A stretch of 64,000 bases of DNA from Nitrospinota bacterium (GTDB lineage: Bacteria > UBA8248): NCBI GenBank assembly GCA_030754595.1, contig JASLZZ010000126.1, positions 23,135-87,134 on the forward strand, given 5' to 3'. The first letter of the stretch is position 1, and each line of letters starts with the position of its first letter. Both the position numbers and the translations under genes were made by a program. Positions 19,342 through 28,729 of the stretch are shown in pieces. The notes below the pieces were generated by a model. It was not told the DNA's origin. It did no database searches and worked only from the letters and a program-made list of their open reading frames with translations.

Positions 19342-20652
19342 TCACTCACCTTCGTAGCGGCCGAGGCAAAGCGTTGCGTTTTGCCCGCCGAACCCGAAGC
19401 TGTTCGAAAGCGCGATCCGGTGCCCGGCGGCGCGCGTCTCGTTGGGCACATAATCCAGGTCGCACCGGGGGTCGGGGTTTTCGTAGTTGATCGTGGGAAG
19501 AATCTCGGAGCGGCGCATCCCCTCGAGGGCGAAGATCGCCTCGACGGCGCCCGCCGCTCCGATGGTGTGACCGATCAGCGACTTGTTCGAGCTGATCGGA
19601 ACGCGCCCGGCGGCGTCCCCGAAAACCTCCTTTATGGCCTTGGTCTCGGTGAGATCGTTTTTCGGGGTCGAGGTGCCGTGGGCGTTGATGTATTCCACCT
19701 CGCCGGGCGAGACGCCGGCGTCGTCGAGCGCTCCACGCATCGCGAGAATTGCCCCCACCCCCTGGGGGTGCATGTCGGTGATGCGGAAGGCGTCGGCCGA
19801 ATCGCCGTAGCCGAGCACCTCGCCCAGTATCGGCGCCCCGCGCGCGAGCGCATGTCCTAGTTCCTCGAGAACGATGGAGCCCGCCCCCTCGGACATCACA
19901 AATCCGTTTCGCCTCCGGTCGAAGGGCCGCGAGGCCCTTTGGGGGCTCTCGTATTTCTCCACCAACGCCGTCAGCAGGACAAAGCCCAAAAAACCGCCGT
20001 AGGAGATCGCCGACTCGCACCCGCCCGCGATCATCGCGTCCGCCTTGCCGTCGCGGATGATGCGGAGCGCCTCGCCCACCGCCTGCCCCCCCGCCGCGCA
20101 GGCCGAGCAGACGGAGATCGTGGGGCCCTGGGCGTCGAACGCGGTCGCCACCACCGATGTCGCCACGTCGATCTTCCGCCGGTAGAAATGAAGAAAATCG
20201 TAGCCGCCCGAGCGCATGAGATCGCCGAAATCCCACTTTCCCTCCCAGGGGGAATCGCCCCCCGGGCGCCAGTGGCGAAGCAGCTGAATCATTTCGGGGA
20301 TATCGGCGTGCTCGCCGTGGGAGCCGACCGAGACGCCGACGCGGGAGCGATCAGAAATTCCGTCGAGGCGCGCGCGGACGGCGGCCTCGCCGGTGGCGAT
20401 GAGCATCATGCGGACACCGCGCGTCGTGAGTTTGAGAAGCGGGCGGCGGGAGGGATCGTCGCGCTCTTCGATCCAGGCGTCGTCCACCTCGCCGGCTATC
20501 TGGCAGGGAAGCTTGGCGGGGTCGAACTGACGAATGAAATCGATTCCCGATTTTCCCTCGCGGGCGGCGTCGAAGCTCGCGGCGACATCTCCGCCGAGGG
20601 GGGTCATCATCCCATAGCCTGTGACAACGACGCGTTTCGAAGGCCGGGCCAT
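19342..20652 (-). CDS. FabF-type beta-ketoacyl-ACP synthase (intact Cys-His-His)
   Basis: SACAAGG, RPFD, HGTST, KSLIGH, NSFGFGGQN. Confidence 0.93.
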   Translation of the reverse strand: MARPSKRVVVTGYGMMTPLGGDVAASFDAAREGKSGIDFIRQFDPAKLPCQIAGEVDDAWIEERDDPSRRPLLKLTTRGVRMMLIATGEAAVRARLDGISDRSRVGVSVGSHGEHADIPEMIQLLRHWRPGGDSPWEGKWDFGDLMRSGGYDFLHFYRRKIDVATSVVATAFDAQGPTISVCSACAAGGQAVGEALRIIRDGKADAMIAGGCESAISYGGFLGFVLLTALVEKYESPQRASRPFDRRRNGFVMSEGAGSIVLEELGHALARGAPILGEVLGYGDSADAFRITDMHPQGVGAILAMRGALDDAGVSPGEVEYINAHGTSTPKNDLTETKAIKEVFGDAAGRVPISSNKSLIGHTIGAAGAVEAIFALEGMRRSEILPTINYENPDPRCDLDYVPNETRAAGHRIALSNSFGFGGQNATLCLGRYEGE

Positions 20653-20704
20653 GGAGGACAACTCCCGAAGAAACTCCGCGAAGAAACCCGGGGCGGCGGA
20701 TGAA

Positions 20705-21262
20705 TCAGAAGATTTGTTTTTCTTCCTGGAGAGAGGTCAGCCAATTCTGGACCACTTCGTCGCCACTCGGCAAAACGGCGGGCTTTCCGGTTTCGGAACA
20801 GACGATACGGGTTCCCTCATCGGTCTTCCAGTCCGCGCCGGCCGGGCTCTTCTCGGGCAAGAGGCCGAAAATGTCCTTCACCGCCGCCGACAGCGTCCGC
20901 GGGGTGACGAGGGCCGGAAGCTCGTCCACCGGAGTTCCCGGTTCGAGATCATCGGCCGCCTCGGTCAGGCGCATCTTGAGGACCTCCACGCCCTTTTCGG
21001 TGACAACGTTGTTCTCGTCGATTGCAACGCCCTCGCCGAAAAGCTCATCGACGTGCTCGAGAACGAATTTGCGGGCCATCTTCACCCCGAACACCTGCTC
21101 CAGGCGAAAGTTCACGTCGAGAAAATCGAGGGAAAGAACGCCCAGATCGTCCACCAGCGAGCTATCGGGAGTAATGGAGTCCCGGTCCACGCCCGTAGTG
21201 TGGACGATAGCGTCGTAAACCTCCTGCATGATCCGTTCATCGTTGATCATGTTCTGCGGCAT
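20705..21262 (-). CDS. oversized acyl carrier protein (185 aa)
   Basis: ITPDSSLVDDLGVLSLDFLDVNFRLEQVFG ACP core, acidic; GAGGAG RBS. Confidence 0.85.
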   Translation of the reverse strand: MPQNMINDERIMQEVYDAIVHTTGVDRDSITPDSSLVDDLGVLSLDFLDVNFRLEQVFGVKMARKFVLEHVDELFGEGVAIDENNVVTEKGVEVLKMRLTEAADDLEPGTPVDELPALVTPRTLSAAVKDIFGLLPEKSPAGADWKTDEGTRIVCSETGKPAVLPSGDEVVQNWLTSLQEEKQIF

Positions 21263-21360
21263 GCAATTCTCCTCGTGCCTCTTGTAATCTCATGTCTCTA
21301 TAATCCACGGCCGCATGTAATCCCAGGCGGGGCTTGCTGAAATACAGCGTCAAGGATGCA

Positions 21361-22155
21361 TCATCCGGGCGGCGTTGGCCAGCGCAAACGATTGCTCACG
21401 CCCCGGTCGGTGATGATCGTCTGGCCGCGGATGACATCGCTCGCGGGCCCCAGGAGGTAGTGGACCACTCCGGCGACCTCCTCGGGGGAGAGAAAAAACC
21501 GCTCGGGCAACTTCTCCAGCTCTGGGTCCACCATCCGGAGCGTCTTGAACGAATCCGTCTTGACGAGGCCCGCGCAGACCGCGTTCACTGATATCCCCCG
21601 GTCGCCGTAGCTCTCCGCCCAGTATTTGACGGCGGTCTCCATCGCCGCCTTCATTGAGCCCAGCGGATAGTCCGGATTCGCGAACCTGCTGCCCAGGCTC
21701 GAGAGGAATACCACCGCCCCGCCCTGCCGGGAGAGGGGGTCTAGAGCCTTCTGCATGCAGAAGACATTTCCCAGGTAGTTCGTCTCGACCAGCTGGCGAA
21801 GGTCGCGCTCGAGTAATTTCTCCCAGGGCTTGAACGGCGCGCGGGCGGCGTTGAGCACCAGGAAATCGAGCCGGCCGAACTCATCCTCAGCCTTCGAGAA
21901 GAGCTCCCCAGCGGCATCTTTTTTCCCGATGTCGGCCGGAACCGATATGGCGTGCACGCCCGCCTCTTCGGCCTCCCGGCACAGGGCCTCGGCGAGCTCT
22001 CCCGAGCGCCCCCGCCCCGAGCGGTGGTTGATCACCAGATTCACTCCCGCCCGGGCCAGCCGCCGGGCCACCGCCGCCCCGATCCCGCGCGAGCCGCCGG
22101 TGATCAAAGCGACCTTGCCCTGAAAATGGGGTTCAGCTTCATTTGAGGGATTCAC
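21361..22155 (-). CDS. FabL-like enoyl-ACP reductase (SDR)
   Basis: TGGSRGIG, LNAA, SSLGS, YPLGSMKAAME, VNAV.AG.V.TD; start uncertain (GTG 22155 after GAGGA, ORF open to 22194). Confidence 0.72.
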   Translation of the reverse strand: MNPSNEAEPHFQGKVALITGGSRGIGAAVARRLARAGVNLVINHRSGRGRSGELAEALCREAEEAGVHAISVPADIGKKDAAGELFSKAEDEFGRLDFLVLNAARAPFKPWEKLLERDLRQLVETNYLGNVFCMQKALDPLSRQGGAVVFLSSLGSRFANPDYPLGSMKAAMETAVKYWAESYGDRGISVNAVCAGLVKTDSFKTLRMVDPELEKLPERFFLSPEEVAGVVHYLLGPASDVIRGQTIITDRGVSNRLRWPTPPG

Positions 22156-22434
22156 CGGAATCCTCGCAATTTCGAAAACGCCAACCGGCGCCAATCAAAC
22201 GGGAACCACCGCGGGCGGGAGCCTTCGCGCCCCGGACCGGTAAGCGGCCACCCGGACGCCAAACGCCTCGTTTATAGCATCCGGGCCCCCGGCTATCAAT
22301 ATTGGAGATAGGGGGCGATACCGAAGGGCTCTAAAAATTGGACTTTGAATCCTCGCCCCTCCCGGACTAAAATACCCGCGTGCCGTTTTTCTTCCGAGTC
22401 CACCCGGCTCTTTTCCGCTGATGGGGGTGACGCG

Positions 22435-23322
22435 ATGGATCCTCTTCAAATCCAGGAACTGCCCAAGCTTCGGCAACCAACCCTTCTGCTCGCCTTCTCC
22501 GGCTGGAACGATGCCAGCAGCTCCGCCACAACTGCGGCGAGCTATATCTGCGAGGAGCTCGGAGGCGCCGAATTCGCCTCCATCGAGTCCGACAGTTTCT
22601 ACAATTTTCAGGACATGCGGCCCATGGTGACCCTGGACGAGGACGGGATGCGCGATATCACCTGGCCCGCAAATACTTTCTACGCCTGCGAGACCCCCCG
22701 GCTCGCCAACGATCTGATTCTTTTCGTCGGGGCCGAGCCCCACTTGCAGTGGAAGAATTTCACCCGGCTAATACTCTCGGTGGCCCAACAATGCGACGTC
22801 CGCATGGTGGTGACGCTGGGGGCGTTACTCGCCGACGTCTACCACCGCAACGCCATCAAGATCACCGGCTCGTCCACCGATTTGGAGCTGGCCGCACGGC
22901 TCGGCCTGAAGCGGTCGGGATACGAAGGTCCAACCGGCATCGTCGGAATCCTGAACAACTTGTTCCGGGACGAGAAATTACCCGCCGTCAGCGTCTGGGC
23001 AAACGTGCCCCACTACGTCAACGTATCGCCGAACCCGAAGGCCGCCCTCGCCCTCGTCCGCCGCCTCTCGGAGTTTCTTTCGCTCGATGTCAGCTACTCC
23101 GACCTCGAAATCGGATCGCAGGATTTCGACGACAAGGTCGAACGCGCCCTCGAATCGAACAAGGCGGTCAAGGAGTACGTCGATGAGCTCAGGCTCAGGA
23201 GCAGCATGGAGGATGAGGGGGAATCCGGCGGTCTTCCCTCGGGCGAGGATCTCACCCGGGAGATCGAGCGCTTTCTACGCGAACGGGGCGAGAACCACGA
23301 AGACAACGGCGAGGACACCTGA
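22435..23322 (+). CDS. PAC2 (proteasome assembly chaperone-like) family protein
   Basis: AFSGWNDA, EPHLQW, TLGALLADV, YEGPTGI, VPHY, PNPKA motifs. Confidence 0.88.
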   Translation: MDPLQIQELPKLRQPTLLLAFSGWNDASSSATTAASYICEELGGAEFASIESDSFYNFQDMRPMVTLDEDGMRDITWPANTFYACETPRLANDLILFVGAEPHLQWKNFTRLILSVAQQCDVRMVVTLGALLADVYHRNAIKITGSSTDLELAARLGLKRSGYEGPTGIVGILNNLFRDEKLPAVSVWANVPHYVNVSPNPKAALALVRRLSEFLSLDVSYSDLEIGSQDFDDKVERALESNKAVKEYVDELRLRSSMEDEGESGGLPSGEDLTREIERFLRERGENHEDNGEDT

Positions 23323-23486
23323 TTTCGCCGGAAGCGGCGCCTTGTCCGGACGATAGCCCGCCCCGGCCCGCGCGGCGAATCCCTGCTGAACCCGAGCCGG
23401 ACCCGGGCGAAAATTCCCGCCCACGGGCGCATCCCGCCCGGTTTAATTCCGAAAACGTAAAGTGAAGATTCGAGACTAGCTCGAGG

Positions 23487-24098
23487 CTAGGAGGAGGAAT
23501 CGGTCGCCATGGCCGCGGTCGATTGCCGGACGAGATCCCGGATCACCGAAGTGTCGGCCGGCTTTTGGAGGAAATGCGTGGCGCCGAGGGCCATGATCCG
23601 CTCTTTGTGGCTGGGATCGTCGAGGCCCGTAATAGCGATGACAACGGTGGCCCTGCCGCTGCTTCTGTGCTTGATCTGGCGGCACACCTCGAACCCGTCC
23701 ACGCCCGGCAGCATCAAGTCGAGCAAAACGACATCGGGCTTGTTGTTGGCGTAAAGAAGCCCCGCCCGGAAACCGTCGTGGGCGATTTCGATTTCATAGT
23801 CGGGGTTATCCAACAAGAGGATGTCCGTGATCAACTCAGTGAAGTTTTTCTCGTCGTCGACGACGAGAATTTTCGGCGGCCCCGAACGCTCGTTGAATAT
23901 ATGAGGGATATTCCTCGAGTCGAGGAACGAGAGAAGATCCTCGCGAAGCACCCGGCGGTGACCGCCCGGCGTCCGATAGGCGTGAAGCCAATCCTTGTCG
24001 ATCCAGTTTTGAATCGTCACCGGCGTCACGTCGCAAATTTCAGCCACTTCAAAAGTCGTAAAGGCTTTCTTCGACGCGAGCTTCTCGGGAACGGCCAC
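23487..24098 (-). CDS. response regulator with N-terminal excisionase/MerR-type HTH
   Basis: FTTFEVAEIC..TIQNW..RTPGGHRR then VVDD, DLMLPGVDG, ITG, KP; GTG start after GGGAGA. Confidence 0.88.
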   Translation of the reverse strand: MAVPEKLASKKAFTTFEVAEICDVTPVTIQNWIDKDWLHAYRTPGGHRRVLREDLLSFLDSRNIPHIFNERSGPPKILVVDDEKNFTELITDILLLDNPDYEIEIAHDGFRAGLLYANNKPDVVLLDLMLPGVDGFEVCRQIKHRSSGRATVVIAITGLDDPSHKERIMALGATHFLQKPADTSVIRDLVRQSTAAMATDSSS

Positions 24099-24481
24099 AA
24101 TCAATCTCCCATTCTGCAAATGATAAAGATAATGATACGTACGCCCGCTCTTAAATGATAAATCCCTTGTTTCATTGGAGTTATCCTACCTTATGGGACA
24201 AGCCTCTTTCAAGGGGCCTGACCAAAATACCCGAAAAAGATTTAAATACTTAAAATAATTAAACATTAGCGGCTTTAATTTTCTTTTTTTATCTGCCATT
24301 CCTTAATTACTGGAGAGAATATCATTCGCTGGCGATAAAACCCTCCCTGGAGCAGAAGCGGGCCGGAACCTCCTTTTTTCCCTTCATATTTGGTAAAATG
24401 CGGTGGCACCCGGATCTTTTTTTCCGGCATATACCGCCCGGAGCCACCCAGCCGCCTGGAACCACCCAGAGGAAACCACCG

Positions 24482-24931
24482 ATGCGCGCCGTACTCCAGC
24501 GGGTCCGAAAATCCAGCGTGAGCGTCTCCGGGGAGGTCGTCGGCGAGATCGGCGGGGGCATCCTGGCCCTGATGGCGGTCGCTCCCGGGGATTCGGAAAG
24601 GGAAGTGCGCTACATGGCGGACAAGATCTCGAACCTGCGGATATTCCCCGACGAGGCGGGGAAGATGAACCGCTCCCTCCTCGACACCGGCGGCGAAATG
24701 CTCGTTGTCAGCCAGTTCACCCTCTACGGAGACTGCCGGAAGGGCAGGCGGCCTTCTTTCGTCGCCACCGCGTCGCCCGAAGTTGCCGAGGCGCTGATCG
24801 AAAAGTTTATCGAGGAGGTCGAAACCATCGGAGTGAAAACGGCCGCCGGTAGATTCGGCGCCATGATGGAGGTCGAACTGATCAACGACGGCCCCGTCAC
24901 CCTGCTGCTCGACTCGGAGGGCGACCTCTGA
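24482..24931 (+). CDS. dtd: D-aminoacyl-tRNA deacylase
   Basis: [25 protein letters not shown]. Confidence 0.96.
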   Translation: MRAVLQRVRKSSVSVSGEVVGEIGGGILALMAVAPGDSEREVRYMADKISNLRIFPDEAGKMNRSLLDTGGEMLVVSQFTLYGDCRKGRRPSFVATASPEVAEALIEKFIEEVETIGVKTAAGRFGAMMEVELINDGPVTLLLDSEGDL

Positions 24932-25962
24932 TGCCCCTTGCGCCCGGCGACGCGCCGGCGGTCAAGTCCAGGCTCGACCGGTTGACGAAAACCTACGGTC
25001 CCGCCTATCTCGACTCGGACCCGCTGGGCCTGGTCCACCGCCACCCGCACGATGAAGACCGCGAGGCCGCCGCCTTTTTCGCCTCCGCGCTGGCCTTCGG
25101 AAACGCCAAGGCCGTCCGGACCAGCCTCGGGCGCGTACTCGGCCGCCTCGGCGCGAGGCCGGCGGCGGCGCTCCGGGAATTTCGAATCGATGAAAACGCA
25201 GACCTGTTCGAGGGAATTGTCCACCGCTGGGTCGGACCGCGCGATCTTGCCCGCTTCGCCCACATGACGGGCGCGGCGCTCCGGGAGTGGGGTTCGCTCG
25301 AGGCGGCCTTCATGCCCGGCTACGAACCCGGCGCGGCCACTCTGACCTCCGCCCTCGTCGGATTCCGCCGCCGTCTTCTCGCTCTCGCGCCCGGCGAGTC
25401 CTCGAAAAAAGGACTCGCTTCCTGCCGGCCAGGGAAAAAAGGGAGCGCCGCCGGCGGGTCTTCAAAAAAAGGATGTGCCGCCAGCGGGCCGGGGGAGAAA
25501 AATGGGTTCGCCTACCTCCTCCCCGACCCCGCGGGAGGGAGCGCCTGCAAGCGCATTCATCTTTTTTGCAAATGGGTGATTCGCTCCGGCGACGGGATGG
25601 ACCTGGGCCTCTGGCGGGCGCCCCTCCTCAGCCAACTCACCATCCCCCTCGACACCCACATCGCCCGAATCGGAGGCCTGCTGGGCCTGACCGAACGGCG
25701 AACACCCGACCGGCGGATGGCCGAGGAGATCACCGACTCGCTCCGGCTCATCAACCCGGCCGACCCGGTGAGCTACGACTTCGCCATGTCGCGCCTCGGC
25801 ATCCTGGGCCACTGCCCGAGGCGGCCGGACGCCCGCCTCTGCGCCGGCTGCCCCCTTCGGGACATTTGCCGCCACTGGCGGAGGAGCGCCCAAAAGAAAA
25901 AAGCAACCGCTCGAAACCGCCCCCGCCCCGCTCGCCGGCCCGGGGGCCGGCCCACCGGCTAG
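24931..25962 (+). CDS. TIGR02757/DUF2400-like protein (HhH-GPD related) with C-terminal Cys cluster
   Basis: DPL, SACKR..LF..W..R, DLGLW, IPLDTH, DPVSYDFA. Confidence 0.85.
   Translation: MPLAPGDAPAVKSRLDRLTKTYGPAYLDSDPLGLVHRHPHDEDREAAAFFASALAFGNAKAVRTSLGRVLGRLGARPAAALREFRIDENADLFEGIVHRWVGPRDLARFAHMTGAALREWGSLEAAFMPGYEPGAATLTSALVGFRRRLLALAPGESSKKGLASCRPGKKGSAAGGSSKKGCAASGPGEKNGFAYLLPDPAGGSACKRIHLFCKWVIRSGDGMDLGLWRAPLLSQLTIPLDTHIARIGGLLGLTERRTPDRRMAEEITDSLRLINPADPVSYDFAMSRLGILGHCPRRPDARLCAGCPLRDICRHWRRSAQKKKATARNRPRPARRPGGRPTG
25391..25510 (+). repeat. four degenerate 30-bp tandem units inside the CDS
   Basis: ccggcgagtcctcgaaaaaagga.. / cctgccggccagggaaaaaaggg.. / ccggcgggtcttcaaaaaaagga.. 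/ ccagcgggccgggggagaaaaat.. Confidence 0.65.
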
Positions 25963-26040
25963 CCCCGGCGTTTGCTTGCGGCCCGCCATCGGGCTTGGGA
26001 TACTTCCCATCCGTTCACCCGGATAAAGAGAGGCCGAACC

Positions 26041-26940
26041 TTGCCCGAAACCTTCAGAAAAATCGCAGTCACTACCTGGCCCATCGCCTTGCGCCCGGAG
26101 ACCAATCTTTCCGGCCTGGTGGGCTGGCTCGCCGGAAACGGCTTCGAGGTCGCCCTGGACGAAACGTCCGCCGCCGTGGTGAACGAGCCGGGCGGCCTCG
26201 CCCACGAGAAAGCGATAGAGGGCGCCGACCTGATAATCGTCATCGGCGGAGACGGGTCGATGCTCCGGACCGCCCACCTCCTCGGCGGAGACGCGCCGCC
26301 CCTTTTGGGCATCAACGCGGGCCACCTGGGTTTTCTCGTCGACATCCCCGAAAGCGGCGCCATCTCCGCGCTCGAAAGCGTTCTCATCAAGGGGGAGTAC
26401 GCCATCGAATCGCGGATGCGCCTCCGGCCCTCCGTACAACAAAACGAGGCGGAAATTCCGCTCTCAGACGTTTTAAACGATGTGGTCCTGACCTCGGGCC
26501 CCCTCGCTAGGATGGTGGAGTTTCAGATCTCGGTGGACGGGCGCCAGCTCGGAATCTTCCGGGCCGACGGGCTCATCATCGCCACCCCCACCGGTTCGAC
26601 CGCCTACTCGCTCTCGGCGGGCGGCCCCCTCCTCATGCCGGACCTGAACGTCATGCTCATCAACCCCATCTGCCCCCACACCCTGAGCAACCGCCCGCTC
26701 GTCATACCCGCCGAATCGACCGTGGACGTGACGCTCTTCGCCGGAGACGGCGGGCGCAGCCTTCCCCTCTCCATTGACGGCCAGCCCGGCTGCGATCTCG
26801 ACGCGGGGGCCCGCCTCCGCGTCGTCCTGAGTCCGGACCCCGTCCGACTGGTCCGCCCCAGGGGGTCCGACTTTTTCGAAATTCTGCGCGACAAGCTCCT
26901 CTGGGAGACTCACCCGCGCGGCGGAAAAAACGGATCGTGA
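26041..26940 (+). CDS. nadK: NAD(+) kinase
   Basis: GGDGS, GHLGFL, LND, DGLIIATPTGSTAYSLSAGG; TTG start after AGAGG. Confidence 0.95.
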   Translation: MPETFRKIAVTTWPIALRPETNLSGLVGWLAGNGFEVALDETSAAVVNEPGGLAHEKAIEGADLIIVIGGDGSMLRTAHLLGGDAPPLLGINAGHLGFLVDIPESGAISALESVLIKGEYAIESRMRLRPSVQQNEAEIPLSDVLNDVVLTSGPLARMVEFQISVDGRQLGIFRADGLIIATPTGSTAYSLSAGGPLLMPDLNVMLINPICPHTLSNRPLVIPAESTVDVTLFAGDGGRSLPLSIDGQPGCDLDAGARLRVVLSPDPVRLVRPRGSDFFEILRDKLLWETHPRGGKNGS

Positions 26941-26947
26941 GGCCCTT

Positions 26948-28729
26948 GTGCTCCGTCTGATGCGCATCTCGGATTTCGCCATCATCGACTCGCTCGAGGT
27001 GGCCTTCGGCCCGGGCCTGAATGTGCTCACCGGCGAGACCGGGGCCGGCAAATCAATTATTTTCGAGGCCCTTAATCTCACCCTCGGCGGCCGGGGGAGC
27101 GCCGATCTCGTCCGCTCCGGGGCCAAGGACGCCGTCGTCGAGAGTCTCTTCGGGCTGCCCGCGACGCCGGGCGGCAAAAGGGCGCGGGCCGCCCTCGAGG
27201 AGGCGGGTATCGAGGTTCCTCCGGACGGGGAGTTGATCGTGCGCCGACGGATATCCACAGGCGAGCGCAGCCGCCTCTACCTGAACGGTGCGCTGGCGAC
27301 CGCCGCCACCCTTTCGTCAATCGCCGGGTCGCTGGTCAACATTCACGGCCAGCACGCCCAGCAAACCCTCCTCAAGCCATCGACCCACCTCGGCCTTCTC
27401 GACGATTTCGCCGGGCTGACCGGGGAGCGGGGCTCGCTGGGCCACCTGACCGCCGAACTCCGCGAGGCCGAGGAAGAGCTCGAGGCCCACCGGACGGGGG
27501 CACGAGAGAGGGCCCAGCGGGCCGACCTGCTCCAGTTTCAGGTCGAGGAGCTCGAGCGCGTCGCCCTCTCGACGGGAGAACTCGAATCTATCGAGGACGA
27601 GCTCCCCCGGCTCCGCAACGCCGATCGCCTCGGCGCCCTCGGCCAGGGCGTCTATGAAGCCCTCTACGGGGACGAGGGCTCGATCATCGAGGATCTCGGC
27701 GAGTCCATCCGCAACCTCGAGCGACTGGTCGAACTGGACCCCTCGCAGGCCCCCCTGCTGGAACAGGCCGCCTCCGCCCTCGCCGAGGTGGAATCGCTGG
27801 CTGATTCACTGCGCGATTACTTCGGCTCAATCGAACTCGACCCCGAGCGCCTCGAAGCGCTCGAGGTCCGCCGATCGCTCCTGCGCGAGTTGCTGCGGAA
27901 ATACGGAAACGACGAGGCGGAGTGCCTCGCCTATCTCGGCCGCGCCCAGTCGGAACTCGCCGCCATCTCGGACGAGGCGGGCACCGAGGCCCGGCTCGAC
28001 GAAGCCGCCTCCCGGCTCCGGGAGGAGGTCTCCCGGCGCGCCCGCGATCTCTCCCGGAAAAGACAAAAAGCTTCCGGCGAGCTCGACCGGGGGATGAGCG
28101 AGGCCCTGGCCGAGCTCGGCCTCCCGGGAGCTGTGCTCGAAACGAAGATGGGCCGCCTTCCCGCCACCGGGGAACTTGTCGTGATCGAAGGCGAGAGCGT
28201 CGCGCTCCGCTCGGACGGCATCGACGCCTGCGAATTTCATTTTTCGCCCAATCCGGGCGAGCCGCCGCGCCCGCTCGCCCGCATCGCCTCGGGCGGGGAG
28301 CTCTCGCGGCTCATGCTCGCCCTCGAGAGTGTCCTCCGGCGCGGGGACATGATCCCCACCCTGATTTTCGACGAGGTGGACGCGGGAATCGGCGGCGGGG
28401 TGGCCGAGGTCGTCGGACGCAAGCTCCAGGAGGTCTCTGAAAATCATCAGGTCCTCGTCATCACCCACCTGCCCCAGGTCGCCTGCCTGGGCGACCGCCA
28501 TTTCCGCATCGAAAAACGAACCGACGCCGGGCGCACCGCCACCGCCATCGAGCCAGTCGAAGACGGCGCCCGCATCGAAGAGATCGCGCGCATGGGCGCG
28601 GGCCTCGAGGTGACAGCGGCGGCTCTCCGGCACGCCGGGGAGATGCTCGAGGCCGGAAAGCGGAGGGAGAGCGCGAAAAAAACCTCCCGCCGCGCCGCCG
28701 GCAAGGCCGAAAAATTTACTCCGCGATGA
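26948..28729 (+). CDS. recN: DNA repair protein RecN
   Basis: TGETGAGKS, IHGQH, ASGGELSR, FDEVDAG, ITHLPQVA. Confidence 0.97.
   Translation: MLRLMRISDFAIIDSLEVAFGPGLNVLTGETGAGKSIIFEALNLTLGGRGSADLVRSGAKDAVVESLFGLPATPGGKRARAALEEAGIEVPPDGELIVRRRISTGERSRLYLNGALATAATLSSIAGSLVNIHGQHAQQTLLKPSTHLGLLDDFAGLTGERGSLGHLTAELREAEEELEAHRTGARERAQRADLLQFQVEELERVALSTGELESIEDELPRLRNADRLGALGQGVYEALYGDEGSIIEDLGESIRNLERLVELDPSQAPLLEQAASALAEVESLADSLRDYFGSIELDPERLEALEVRRSLLRELLRKYGNDEAECLAYLGRAQSELAAISDEAGTEARLDEAASRLREEVSRRARDLSRKRQKASGELDRGMSEALAELGLPGAVLETKMGRLPATGELVVIEGESVALRSDGIDACEFHFSPNPGEPPRPLARIASGGELSRLMLALESVLRRGDMIPTLIFDEVDAGIGGGVAEVVGRKLQEVSENHQVLVITHLPQVACLGDRHFRIEKRTDAGRTATAIEPVEDGARIEEIARMGAGLEVTAAALRHAGEMLEAGKRRESAKKTSRRAAGKAEKFTPR

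Noticed and set aside
12261..22155. Calling the cluster aryl polyene, ladderane or beta-branching
   Set aside because: No AMP-ligase, methyl/glycosyltransferase, MMPL/LolA, radical SAM or HMG-CoA synthase/ECH genes in the operon
23487..24098. Excisionase-like HTH as evidence of a prophage
   Set aside because: Fused to a receiver domain; no integrase, att site or phage genes nearby
24122..24140. Fur box
   Set aside because: Only 13/19 match, in AT-rich sequence, with no iron-related neighbour
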